IMG/VR virus record: IMGVR_UViG_3300031726_000003
Coordinates: 4,480-68,479 of that record
Length of the DNA stretch: 64,000 nucleotides
Origin: a virus
Strand: one strand, 5' to 3'
In this document: positions 39,301-47,459 of the stretch, one piece after another
Position numbering within the stretch: position 1 is the first letter of the stretch
Layout: every line of letters starts with the position of its first letter
Program-made: the position numbers and the translations under genes
The notes under the pieces: generated by a model
Database searches by the model: none
The model's input: the letters and a program-made list of their open reading frames with translations, nothing else
What the model was told of the DNA's origin: nothing

Positions 39301-41653
39301 TGAGGGGCTGTCCAAGATATTCCCGAAGGAGATCATGAAGGGCGTGAAGCTGGTAGACAAGATCGAAGGCAACGACAAAGCCATTGGCAAACTGGTTGAT
39401 CAGATCGCGCAGATTCACATAGGCGCGATGGATAAAGGCGAGGTGCGGTGGCATGAAGGCTGGCATGGGCTTGAGCAGTTTCTGAAGAAGCAGATAGGTG
39501 GTACGGAGATTCTCGCCACTGTGTACAAGCACGTCGGCAGTGAGCGCATGTCGCAATGGTTTGCTGAACAGTATGCGAATGACCCCGGCGCGTTGAAGCA
39601 GATGGATAAGCTAGGCGATAGTGAGAAGGCGGCGTTCGCGTTCCAGAAGATTATGGAGGGCGCAACCCTGCCGGGGTCGCCGGTGGTGCGTGGGTTCTGG
39701 AACACGATCAAGTCGTGGATACAGAAGCTTGGCAACCTCATCGGTATAGGCAACGAGGGTAAGCACACCCAAGCGTTCTTTGACTATGTGAAGAACAGTA
39801 ATCTGTTGCGCGACCATGACAACCCCGACGCGATGCTTAATGCGCTTCATCGGACAACAATGGACGAATTCGCCAGCGATGTGCGTTCGTTCACAGAACC
39901 GCTGCATGGTGGGTTAAGTGCGCTGCTGGGGCATTCGTCCAACCGCATGCACGACACGGGTATAGCCGCGTACCAGACGATTGCAAACCTGTATGCAGGA
40001 GAGTCCGGCAAGGGCGGGTACATATCCAAGCAAAACGCTGCGATCAACCGATTCGGCAATGAACTTGACCGCATAGCAGAGCTGGAAGATAAGGGCGTAC
40101 AGGGCGCTCGCATTCGTGACCTACAGGGCAAGCTGAGTGGTTACCTGAACAAGGCCGGGTTCACCAACGGCGAGATAAACCGTATGTACGACGGTATCCT
40201 CGCGTTCGACCAAGAGAAGATAAATTCCGGCATCAAGGAGTTCATGACCGACGTGGTGAATCACGCTGGTACATCAGGCAAGAATGGGGCTGAGCTTCGC
40301 GTTATCGCACAGAATATCGCTGACACCGGTTTCTTCTACGACCCGATGATCGGGCGCGAGCTGTTCAAAGACCCGAAGGTGGCGGCGAAGTGGACAGTAA
40401 CAGACCCTACCGAGCGTATGGCGCGCATGATCTATCAAGGCACCCGCATGGCTGAACGCCGCCGTGCTTTCGGGGCGAACGACGAGAATCTGAAGCTCCT
40501 AGTTGAGGCCGGCGACGCAGAGGCTACCCCAGAGCAGCGGCTGTTCGCGGAGCAGTTCGTTGCCAGCTACGAAGGGAAACTCGGCAACGGCACGATGTCT
40601 CCTGCAGCGCGCAAGATGATGGGCGTACTCATCACAGCAAACAACATCCGCATGTTGCCTATGGCTGTGTTTTCACAGTTGCTCGAGCCTATGCAGCTTG
40701 CGTTTCGTAAGAACAGTTTTAGCGGTACATTCGACGCCATGTGGCGTGGTATATCTGACATGCCCCGCAGCTTTGACTCTATCAATAAACGCTACAAGGA
40801 CGATCCTTCAGGATACCGTGACTACTGGGAGAGAATCTCGGCAGAGATGGGCACCATCGGGTCTGACATAGTAGGCAGTGCGGTTGCGAACATGACCAAC
40901 GGCATGAACCTTCACGGTATGACGAAGCGCATCAACAACATGTTCTTCAAGTACAACCTGATGGAGCAGTGGAACAGGTCAATGCATGTGGCAGCTACAA
41001 AGATGGCCGTGGAGTTCCTGCGCGATCACAGCACGTTACCAGATGGAGCGCAGAGCGAGCGGTTTCTGAAAGAGTTGGGGCTGACGCCGGAGGACATCAA
41101 GTTCGACGGCGAGGATCGTATAATCGTGAACTCGAAAATCGAGGATGCGGTAAACCAGTTCGTTAACGAAGCGATGGCCCACCCTGATGCTGGCTCGAAC
41201 CCTATATGGATGAACGACCCTCGCTTCGCATTGTTGGCGCAGATGAAGCGGTTTACATTCGCTCATTCCCGCTACGTGCTCGAGCGCGGTATTCGCGAGT
41301 TCAAACTGGGCAACAAGTTTGTCATGGCTCCCGCTATACTGTCGGTACCGTGGATGATGACTGCTGACAGTATCCGCGATATGGTTAATCCGACGAGTGA
41401 CCGCAGCTACATGAAGAACTGGACATACACCGATCACGTGATACACGGCATCGAGCGTACAGGCAGCTTCGGACGCTGGTCATTCCCGCTGGACGTAGAG
41501 AAGAGTATCAGCGCCGGCGGCAGTGGTATGGAGGGGCTGCTCGGGCCAACTGCCGAGCTGTTCTCGCGCGTAGGGCGTGGCGCGCATGAGGGAAACATGA
41601 TGGACGCGATGCTGGGCAACCTGCCCGGTGCACCTTTACTGATGCCTGACTAG
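33350..41653 (+). CDS. Giant internal virion / ejection protein (2767 aa) with HExxH motif
   Basis: Ala/Gly-rich N-terminus, WHEGWHG near 39449-39469, helical C-terminal region. Confidence 0.75.
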   Translation: MAGLADALYAQAGYNNPPAGGDVLYAPQQSVPTPEMMQQFSPGNSFTQGLARGGRGLRGQIGALVGTGAEAMGFPSVAQGGYDLAADMAHQNADAAQTDAIPTWKNVHDLKGLSQFTLGSVGAGLPYIAPAVLGPMGARIAGAGLEGQIAAGTAANALPFAGSAAERLHDDPATASMPASHRLGIAGTEGLAGAGLYAIPGALMGERAVGAAGMAAKPTLNPLKSAAGMAGDTAAFMGGMGAAGAATGQLGRTVQRQYDPTYLEGQDPELMKEEFAGSAAGMLPFAIPHAISAHTAGAARQPIREFVSAGVKNVGRKIYDSMPDMAQSALDVLVATGKTTSDGARLLSEFKEHIKGKARTALDAYEDSLNTARTDNFITGEEGGVNDHLGAAADAVKAALPTEDEAAATGLAAGRAVRKAAVDTWGTIRKAVFGEGVPEATPMNIKRVHARIASLENVSAEEAPGVYSKLVESLGDHDSPAADRIRTLAQKRLNDGKLSDEEVYGMSNDILEVAAARRAIQQARDIASSKPDATVDEEGPASESSNSIPNKLFRDSFAKWGVDPALTSELGKYVNPTTVHKYGITDLNRQLVAKAAELTGGDEGHMTAVTKAVESMTSELQSYRKEAHPDLPDDPMKVMRGIESAARTMVNASDRPEARDPSTARAAADTMMEIVNAAAQGRDVHYGDGKTRSWRASVGKLTDWLHGEYGQAGAEFVQNVLAHAREAYGENSKVVGRLKLLNDTSTQYESSLRDFGEQLNRKYADQKVNVRNVMKRMLGDLRTTRDMAEPSTLAQHKATLDSNIKQTRAAIDSMENSGTIDPRVQKDIDAKYAELHSYLRQADELAEQRTSPAKDPQMELRRRWLGEFKNDKAYQRALAAVQRYERSGADAVPKKELGGAPTRAATNAEGDTGNHNYSAEQSTTEGAEHLEEDQKKLVAQAANEKGTNDTFTPSQNVGYHGVETMRGLRVEGNDVPTPISRKQSADFEKGGMRNKTYEQMHALHGFHTASEWRNMKNWAEERSASTGESVNSLLNTAMEKVIAHDEERLQTLEKRNASNVASEDIAFLHARREMYDDLKKRGNDAGGTFSPGKLFFEDKINRHYGLYRMEGDEGTELHFTPESLQRFAPKEGVLGPESPDKYANKLMERFKGVKMAPEKRGELIDNIKQSLLPLRFEDGKTTQLDIGRLVENVLERHWVQQGKIIGVKEREGALEHDRTGVPKQRYTSEEVLRAFYEVVNTIKLTKGVDNESAFGEGKPLEGQRLVKATRTGAALFTKKDTARTIREFDPKLVIYRSKPTVVDGNVTQRVVRAGDVVSFLGKDSSGNAMYSRKNIDLNKVLVDRKKETFSESRITKSTGYSKDGTFIGVGKPDEHAAVTPNTHAIEAAKKGVLRDFTAGKDLDLRAALNESADMHGISRSDIPDMDEAHVAALIRDVLINVADTGHKHDLMADDIGKLLAGTKFPRGDPRKAWQDAVVYTRELADGTKFDVTLMALLKKADYGDSMPRHSIEAAKAFHLRSQIDRILRRIDTPENDEGPVGHDVEKVKADIATTNSEIARLTEQRKTAPTNAAQIGIPSRKRAESREQIDEKLAGLKADKTRLEGIRFSSGKDVEDNTVLGRLQSRLDRETGNREESVNTAALKNGMDELYNFMTGSAMRDAKDSDGNYVLADLHDVLGTGNEVPKMGAAEAKRALGAGEKYAGVDKTGPKMADVKDSGKIGPATDWTSPENLRKLSTGLRAVEDAFKAAPEAKMTSETLSTVQPVRGPKGSTTGMMEQRRANIASAAAKQKQKEVARLQRMARGEITQTQSGFRSRNNKVGPASKEAAARLAKATEVMNNPRDLSEPVPQAVEHAADASFVEKERESTATGYKQPGVLHVSESNFLAHLDQYTPEQAANWIASNSPRSQTDKMVLKDYVNSILDEIHSRDPEKAVKASYELVDTGGWKEPVSKADDAPFSESSRKTKPLTNEEKIAQLEKDLTEGLSKIFPKEIMKGVKLVDKIEGNDKAIGKLVDQIAQIHIGAMDKGEVRWHEGWHGLEQFLKKQIGGTEILATVYKHVGSERMSQWFAEQYANDPGALKQMDKLGDSEKAAFAFQKIMEGATLPGSPVVRGFWNTIKSWIQKLGNLIGIGNEGKHTQAFFDYVKNSNLLRDHDNPDAMLNALHRTTMDEFASDVRSFTEPLHGGLSALLGHSSNRMHDTGIAAYQTIANLYAGESGKGGYISKQNAAINRFGNELDRIAELEDKGVQGARIRDLQGKLSGYLNKAGFTNGEINRMYDGILAFDQEKINSGIKEFMTDVVNHAGTSGKNGAELRVIAQNIADTGFFYDPMIGRELFKDPKVAAKWTVTDPTERMARMIYQGTRMAERRRAFGANDENLKLLVEAGDAEATPEQRLFAEQFVASYEGKLGNGTMSPAARKMMGVLITANNIRMLPMAVFSQLLEPMQLAFRKNSFSGTFDAMWRGISDMPRSFDSINKRYKDDPSGYRDYWERISAEMGTIGSDIVGSAVANMTNGMNLHGMTKRINNMFFKYNLMEQWNRSMHVAATKMAVEFLRDHSTLPDGAQSERFLKELGLTPEDIKFDGEDRIIVNSKIEDAVNQFVNEAMAHPDAGSNPIWMNDPRFALLAQMKRFTFAHSRYVLERGIREFKLGNKFVMAPAILSVPWMMTADSIRDMVNPTSDRSYMKNWTYTDHVIHGIERTGSFGRWSFPLDVEKSISAGGSGMEGLLGPTAELFSRVGRGAHEGNMMDAMLGNLPGAPLLMPD

Positions 41654-41661
41654 GAGCTGAT

Positions 41662-42030
41662 ATGGCGGATAAAGAGATGTGCGGCGAGCTTACTGCTCGC
41701 TGCTTCCAAGCTAGGACGGATGCTCATGTGGCTCATCTGCGTACTCGTAGCTATGCGGCGCATAAAGCCTTGAACGAGTTCTACGACGGCATAATCGATC
41801 TAGCGGACTCCTTTGCCGAGAACGCACAAGGACGCTGCGGGCTACTTGAATACCCCATCATCAAGCCGCATGGAAACTCAGACAAGCCCATCTCCATAGT
41901 CGAGGAACTCCGCGACTGGATCGACGACAACCGTGCTGACTGTTGCGATGAATCAGAGCTACAGAATCTAATAGACGAGATCGTAGGGTTGTGTAATTCC
42001 ACGCTTTACAAGCTGAGGTTCCTGTCATGA
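41662..42030 (+). CDS. Ferritin/Dps-like four-helix protein (DUF5856-like)
   Basis: AHVAHLRTRSYAAHKALNEFYD...DSFAE...LQNLIDEI...TLYKLRFL. Confidence 0.8.
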   Translation: MADKEMCGELTARCFQARTDAHVAHLRTRSYAAHKALNEFYDGIIDLADSFAENAQGRCGLLEYPIIKPHGNSDKPISIVEELRDWIDDNRADCCDESELQNLIDEIVGLCNSTLYKLRFLS

Positions 42031-42221
42031 CCGTAAACGAGCTTATTGTCCTGCTGCTCAAATACCCGCAGTCCGCTAACGTGTGCATCGACGTTGATGA
42101 CGGCATGGATCGTAACTATCATGAGGTGACACACGTCTACGAGCGTACTAATTCCATAAGTGAGCCGTTCATCGTCATAGACGCGGACTGGGGCAAGTCA
42201 GATGACAATACTACTCGCTGA
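42027..42221 (+). CDS. Small hypothetical protein
   Basis: MTVNELIVLLLKYPQSANV, a common small phage protein start. Confidence 0.6.
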   Translation: MTVNELIVLLLKYPQSANVCIDVDDGMDRNYHEVTHVYERTNSISEPFIVIDADWGKSDDNTTR

Positions 42222-43641
42222 CAGAGTAGAAGAAACCACTACCACCACTGGGAACGGGACATACACCCTAGCCGGCGCCAAGTCCGGCTTCCGCACGTTT
42301 ACGTCCGTGGTCGCCACAGGATCGACGTGCTATTACGCTTGTGCGTTAGGATCAGATTGGGAAGTGGGCGTCGGTACTATGGCTTCGTCCACCACACTAT
42401 CTCGCACGACGATCCTTGCATCCAGTAACGCGGGGGCGGCGGTATCGTGGGCTGCCGGCACGAAGGACATATTCATCACCACGCCTGCGTCTATCGCCAA
42501 GGGGTCAGTTCCGATAGAAGGGATCATAGGACTGCCGGCTACTTACGGTAACTCGGCGACTATCAACGGATGCGATTATCTGAAGACCGGCGTCACGGCG
42601 CTATCATCAGATTACCCGTTGTGCTCGACTGTGTCGTATAACGACGCGTCCGCTAGTACATGGACGACGCGCACGCTCCCATCCACTGCGTATTGGGAAC
42701 GCGTTACCTATGTAGGGGCCATATCCGGGCTTCCGGCGTGGTTCATACAGGACACTCTCAGCACCTCCATTCTTCAATCTACCGACGGCACCACTTGGAC
42801 GAGCTACGGCGGGGCGGCGTTCATACTCAACTCGATTGTGTATTCTGGAACCAGTGGGACGTGTGTCAACGTGTGTACGCTGGATACTGCGTCTTCTAAA
42901 TACTGGAACGGGTCGAGTTGGTCGTCTGGTAGCGGCATTGCCATAGTCGCCAAGGGGGGAGTCGCATACGGGGGCGGATACTTCGTGGCTGTAGGAGAAG
43001 GAGCCTTCGGCGCCACTACGACGTCGTGTAGTTACTCCTCTGACGGGATCACTTGGTCTACAGGGACCATGTCTGGGACTGCATATAGCTGGGGGTTCGT
43101 GAACTACGCCGGTAACAAATTCTTCGCCGGGGGCTACTCACTCGGGGCGTCATATTATTACGCTACCACGCCTACGAGCTGGACACTCGCATCCCCCGCT
43201 CAGATGTCTGGTTGGACGAACGGCGTAAAAGGGGTGGCCTATGGTGGCGGAATCTACGTAGCGCTGGGGTATGATGGCCTCTATACGTATGCATGTACGT
43301 CCTCCGATGGAGTGACGTGGAGCACCGCCAATATTGTAGAAAACACAGGAGGAGGCGCAAGTGGGCTGTTGTATGCCGGAGGGGTGTTCGTATTTTTCCT
43401 CGCGAACCCGACTAGCGGCATATGTCTCACAAGCCCCGACGGAGTGACGTGGACCATTCACTCCGCTGATTCTGTCTCCCGTGCCGGGATGGCCTATGGC
43501 GGCGGTGTCTTCGTGGTGACTTCAGCCGGGTCTGCTGCGGCGGCATACACAGCTCCTTTGGCACCGTTGGAGTGTGGCGTTTCTGTGGCGTCTTATGCCG
43601 ACCCGGATAAATCAATAGCGCACTACATGAGGGTAAGCTGA
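42202..43641 (+). CDS. Second receptor-binding protein (ADRVxETT adaptor plus Asp-box propeller)
   Basis: Repeated SxDGxTW and VAYGGGxFVA motifs. Confidence 0.8.
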   Translation: MTILLADRVEETTTTTGNGTYTLAGAKSGFRTFTSVVATGSTCYYACALGSDWEVGVGTMASSTTLSRTTILASSNAGAAVSWAAGTKDIFITTPASIAKGSVPIEGIIGLPATYGNSATINGCDYLKTGVTALSSDYPLCSTVSYNDASASTWTTRTLPSTAYWERVTYVGAISGLPAWFIQDTLSTSILQSTDGTTWTSYGGAAFILNSIVYSGTSGTCVNVCTLDTASSKYWNGSSWSSGSGIAIVAKGGVAYGGGYFVAVGEGAFGATTTSCSYSSDGITWSTGTMSGTAYSWGFVNYAGNKFFAGGYSLGASYYYATTPTSWTLASPAQMSGWTNGVKGVAYGGGIYVALGYDGLYTYACTSSDGVTWSTANIVENTGGGASGLLYAGGVFVFFLANPTSGICLTSPDGVTWTIHSADSVSRAGMAYGGGVFVVTSAGSAAAAYTAPLAPLECGVSVASYADPDKSIAHYMRVS

Positions 43642-43642
43642 T

Positions 43643-44473
43643 ATGGCTACGCTTACGGTAAGAGATACCGGGTCTACATGGAAAACGTCGTTCCTGAGAA
43701 AACTGTTGGGGACTACATCTGCAGACTCGGGGAAGCTGCTAATGGTAGATGGCTCCGGCGACATTGCCGCTGGTACCCCACCAAACGATATGAGTAGGAA
43801 GCGCATCGCGCTTATAGCGCCGGGGGCTACCACGGCCCCTACTGTCTTCGGCACCGCACAGACCTCGGTAGGTACGTTATCTCACCCCGCACTGGCGGTC
43901 ACGAATAACGCCACACAGACAAGGCGGGTGGTGAACACATCTTCTGGTACTGCCGGCGCGCTGGCATCTACTCGCGGCACACAGGCGGAGTGCTGTGGCA
44001 CGAACGGGTATACGTTCATAATCCGGTTCACGTTTGAGACGATCCCTGCTATTGCTACGTTCAGAGCATTCTTCGGGCTAGTGGATGTTATCACGGCCCC
44101 GACGAACGTGGTGCCCACCACGTCCACAACACCGGGCAAGATCGGTGTGGGGTGTGCTGCTAACACTGGTAACCTGTACATAATAAACTGCATAACGGGA
44201 ACGACCCCGACAACGTATCATTTATCGAGTGGAGATTTCACAGTACAGACCCAAATTGTCTACGAGCTGAAGCTGGTGTGTGCCGTGGGCGGGGCGTCTG
44301 TAGTATGGACGATGACCAACGTGACCAACGGGTATTATGAGACAGGGACACTCACTACTAATATCCCGGCGGCTGCGACATACTTGGACTACGCCATGTG
44401 GACGTGTAACAACACGCTGGCCTCTGCCAGTGCGTTCAGCATAGTCCGGATGTACATGGAGCCTAACACTTAG
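43643..44473 (+). CDS. Thr-rich beta protein, possible lectin-like fibre component
   Basis: 276-aa ORF coupled to the RBP gene. Confidence 0.65.
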   Translation: MATLTVRDTGSTWKTSFLRKLLGTTSADSGKLLMVDGSGDIAAGTPPNDMSRKRIALIAPGATTAPTVFGTAQTSVGTLSHPALAVTNNATQTRRVVNTSSGTAGALASTRGTQAECCGTNGYTFIIRFTFETIPAIATFRAFFGLVDVITAPTNVVPTTSTTPGKIGVGCAANTGNLYIINCITGTTPTTYHLSSGDFTVQTQIVYELKLVCAVGGASVVWTMTNVTNGYYETGTLTTNIPAAATYLDYAMWTCNNTLASASAFSIVRMYMEPNT

Positions 44474-44485
44474 GAGGCGCGCATC

Positions 44486-44692
44486 ATGGCTGAACTCACA
44501 CAGAAGAAACGACGCACGCTGAAGGACGCGACGTTCGCGTTGCCGGGGCGCAGATTCCCCATCCCGGATAAGACGCACGCTGCTGTGGCGAAGAGCTACG
44601 CCTCGCGCATGTATTCCAAAGGGCAGTTGAGCGCGGGCCAGAAAGCACAGGTCGATGTCAAGGCAGACAAGAAGCTGGGTCTCCGGGGCTAG
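44486..44692 (+). CDS. Small basic protein (DUF6582-like)
   Basis: FALPGRRFPIPDKTHA motif; GGAGG RBS. Confidence 0.65.
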   Translation: MAELTQKKRRTLKDATFALPGRRFPIPDKTHAAVAKSYASRMYSKGQLSAGQKAQVDVKADKKLGLRG

Positions 44693-44738
44693 GTCAGGGA
44701 GGGCAGACCTCGGCGCAGGGGGAGGGGTTAGTTTTAAG

Positions 44739-44810
44739 TGACCAGTGAGAGTGGAATACTGTGCTGGGACTACACCTGTATTCTGTGGTGACAAAAGCCA
44801 CTCTCGGTCA
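44739..44810. other. Nested stem-loop structure at the convergence of the two arms
   Basis: TGACC/GGTCA and GAGAGTGG/CCACTCTC outer stems; AATAC/GTATT inner stem. Confidence 0.55.
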
Positions 44811-44854
44811 AGGTGCCTATTGGATAGGGTGGGAGAACCGACAACGCCACCTTA

Positions 44855-45127
44855 TCACGGCGTTGGCTGTTCGTCGTCATGTCCTTTCATTATGTTGCGT
44901 ACGACACTGTCAAAATCCGGGCTGTATCCGTTCGCATTGCAGAACCGGCATATCTCACGAGCCGTCGCAAGACATGCATCTCGTACCTCGTCGTCGCGCC
45001 ACATACGGGTGGGGGTTGTATCCCTCGGCGGCTTCGATCTGTACAGCCACCCGAACCATACGGCGAACCATATGCATAGCACTGTGAACCCGAACGCGTA
45101 GACCATCTCTATAGGCATTTTGTGCAT
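44855..45127 (-). CDS. Small membrane protein
   Basis: N-terminal hydrophobic helix; AGGAG RBS. Confidence 0.6.
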   Translation of the reverse strand: MHKMPIEMVYAFGFTVLCIWFAVWFGWLYRSKPPRDTTPTRMWRDDEVRDACLATAREICRFCNANGYSPDFDSVVRNIMKGHDDEQPTP

Positions 45128-45148
45128 TCCTTCTCCTTAGTGTCGTTG

Positions 45149-45550
45149 TCAAAACTTGCCTTCATATCGTTTTCCTCTCTCATCATCAGGGACGGTTACT
45201 ATCGTGAGACTGAACTGCTTACAGATGTGCTTTATGAAGTTCAGTCTTGTTCGGCGGTACTCAAAGAGCAGCACGCGTTTAGGATGGCGCAGTACATATA
45301 ATCTACCGAGGTCCGGTATTGCGTTGTTGCTCAGTTTGAATTCCCCGCCTACTTCGCGGACGCTGTGATCGAAGCGCATCTTCTCGCCGATGGTGCGGGC
45401 CGAATAATGACGACGGCCCGCTTCCCACAATTTATCCGCCAGCTTCTCGAAGTACGTGTACATGTGCTGGTTCAATGGTAACCATTGCATGAACTCTGAT
45501 GAAAACGCGGCTCTATGTTTTACGGCTAGATTTAACAGTCGGCTTGCCAT
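45149..45550 (-). CDS. Hypothetical phage protein
   Basis: YSARTIGEKMRF...FKLSNN...RLY motif of a common phage family; AGGAG RBS. Confidence 0.7.
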   Translation of the reverse strand: MASRLLNLAVKHRAAFSSEFMQWLPLNQHMYTYFEKLADKLWEAGRRHYSARTIGEKMRFDHSVREVGGEFKLSNNAIPDLGRLYVLRHPKRVLLFEYRRTRLNFIKHICKQFSLTIVTVPDDERGKRYEGKF

Positions 45551-45574
45551 TCAGTTTCTCCTTCTTTCGCTCCT

Positions 45575-45877
45575 TCAGGAAGTCGTAGATACCGATTCCA
45601 ATGAGTAATGCAGCTCCGAGCGCGGTGGTCGTCCTCTGCGCGGCAATGGAGAATCGTGTGATCGAGCTGAGCGTTTTCCAGAACATACTGCCTCCTTATC
45701 AAACAACGACATGCCGTTCTGTTTCAGCGCGTCTTCGATGGTCGCAGCATAACCGCGTTTGCGTTTTATTTTTGGGGAATTCATCTTTTCCCCGGCAACT
45801 TCGTACCCATACTCCCAGCCGCCGTTGACGGCTAGGACATATGTGCACAGTGCCTCTGATGGCAGTGTAGTGGTCAT
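45575..45877 (-). CDS. Hypothetical protein
   Basis: MTTTLPSEAL start overlapping the DUF932 stop. Confidence 0.5.
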   Translation of the reverse strand: MTTTLPSEALCTYVLAVNGGWEYGYEVAGEKMNSPKIKRKRGYAATIEDALKQNGMSLFDKEAVCSGKRSARSHDSPLPRRGRPPRSELHYSLESVSTTS

Positions 45878-46917
45878 GCTGTTGCCACACGCTCCCACTC
45901 AGTCTTCGAGAGGTCGATCACACGACCGCCGAGTGCCTCTATCTCTGTAGCTCTGTCGTAGGATTCCACATCTGCAGCGAAGGCAGTCACTGCATTCATC
46001 AGGGAGTAGCGGGACAGGTTCCCGGATTCTATCAGGTTGCGCAACACCCCTGAACGCTCCACCTGATTCAACTGCAGCGTCTCTCCGAGCAGCTCCACAG
46101 CCTTCGGTACGTCGCCTGTGATCTTCTGGCTATGCATATGCTCCATCAGGGCAATCTCCTGCTGCAGCAAATCCATGCTCATACACGCCTTGAGCACGTC
46201 GCGTACTTTAGACAGCACAGCCTTGTCTTCCAATGACTTCGTGGCATCGGACAGGAACAGCTCGTCTTCGCCGGCCTTGCGCCCCACGTGGTATTTCACC
46301 ATGCTCAGCTTGTCTCGTACCAAACCGTTGGTGCAGGCCAAGAAGTTGAAGAACGGCTTTATAGACAGACTACCGAGTCCGATTTCGGAATTGCTGATCA
46401 TGACACCGGCTTCTACGAAGTCGCCCACACGCGGGGAATTCTTCACTTCAGCCACAATGTTCGTGCTGGTAGCTTTTACGTACAGGCGATTGCCGGTTAC
46501 CTCGCACGACTGTACTTTGATGCCGCCGGTCTCCATTAGCACAGGCAGGATTGTTTCCAGCACATGTTCGTTATCGATGCGGTGATAACGGTCAGACAGG
46601 AACGCGCGTGCTGTATCTCCGAGGCCGCGAATCATTCGGCGTTCGTTGTCTTTGTGAAACCAGTGATTGACGTTCGTCGCCAACAGTTCCGGTGCCTTGT
46701 CTTGCATGTCTCGGTAATATTTTGCAGGGATATTCAAGCGTGCTCCCACTTGGTTGTGGAAGTTCTGTGTTGGAGTGAAGATGTGCTCAGCGTCTACAAC
46801 AACGCGGCCATCGTTCATCATTTCCATCTTCTTCGTATCAGCTACCAAGTCTACCTTTTGACTCGACAGCCGCTCAAGCTCTTGTGCCAGCTCGACTAGC
46901 GATTTACCTTGTTTCAT
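45874..46917 (-). CDS. DUF932-family phage/plasmid protein
   Basis: RAFLSDRYHRIDN, ISNSEIGLGS, ACTNGL, NAVTAFA motifs. Confidence 0.85.
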   Translation of the reverse strand: MKQGKSLVELAQELERLSSQKVDLVADTKKMEMMNDGRVVVDAEHIFTPTQNFHNQVGARLNIPAKYYRDMQDKAPELLATNVNHWFHKDNERRMIRGLGDTARAFLSDRYHRIDNEHVLETILPVLMETGGIKVQSCEVTGNRLYVKATSTNIVAEVKNSPRVGDFVEAGVMISNSEIGLGSLSIKPFFNFLACTNGLVRDKLSMVKYHVGRKAGEDELFLSDATKSLEDKAVLSKVRDVLKACMSMDLLQQEIALMEHMHSQKITGDVPKAVELLGETLQLNQVERSGVLRNLIESGNLSRYSLMNAVTAFAADVESYDRATEIEALGGRVIDLSKTEWERVATA

Positions 46918-46926
46918 CGTTGCTCC

Positions 46927-47457
46927 TTATTCACAGTCGGTACATATAATTTGTTCGATGTATGCTTCGAACGACTTTTCTACTTCTCTTGTCAGGCGTT
47001 CCACGTCTGTCACGTGGTCGTAGAAGTCCTGACTACGTTCGAGGTGTGCCTTTAATAGCCACGTCACGTCAGTATCGGTCAGTGATACATTCGTTACCTC
47101 CAAGTTCGGCGATCTGAACTCGTACTCCACGAGCAACTCCTTGTCTCCTAGAATGCCCATGTTAATCCAGTAGGTTGCTGTGCTCATTCTGCTCCTCTCT
47201 ATCTCACCGACAGTCTCAGATTCTTTCTCCGTAGTTAGTTGTCCAATTACTCCGCTTGCCAAGGCTTCGTACTTCCCGCTGCTCTGCCACGTGTCTTGAT
47301 ATACATGGAAGCGGTCAACACCTTCGTTGTCCTGCCACAGTCTCACGCAGATGCAGCCGTTCCACGACGCCGCCGTGACACTCAGGCCGGATTTTTTGCT
47401 GCCTCTCCGTGTGCCTTCGCCCGCCTGTCCTTGCACACAGCCGTAAAAATGGCTCAT
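46927..47457 (-). CDS. Hypothetical protein
   Basis: MSHFYG...TRRGSKKSG...ASWNG N-terminal motif; AGGAG RBS. Confidence 0.65.
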   Translation of the reverse strand: MSHFYGCVQGQAGEGTRRGSKKSGLSVTAASWNGCICVRLWQDNEGVDRFHVYQDTWQSSGKYEALASGVIGQLTTEKESETVGEIERSRMSTATYWINMGILGDKELLVEYEFRSPNLEVTNVSLTDTDVTWLLKAHLERSQDFYDHVTDVERLTREVEKSFEAYIEQIICTDCE

Positions 47458-47459
47458 TA

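Noticed and set aside
33350-41653. N4-type virion RNA polymerase, suggested by size and the N4-like capsid family
   Set aside because: I could not recognise single-subunit RNAP motifs, and the gene is co-oriented in the usual ejection-protein position
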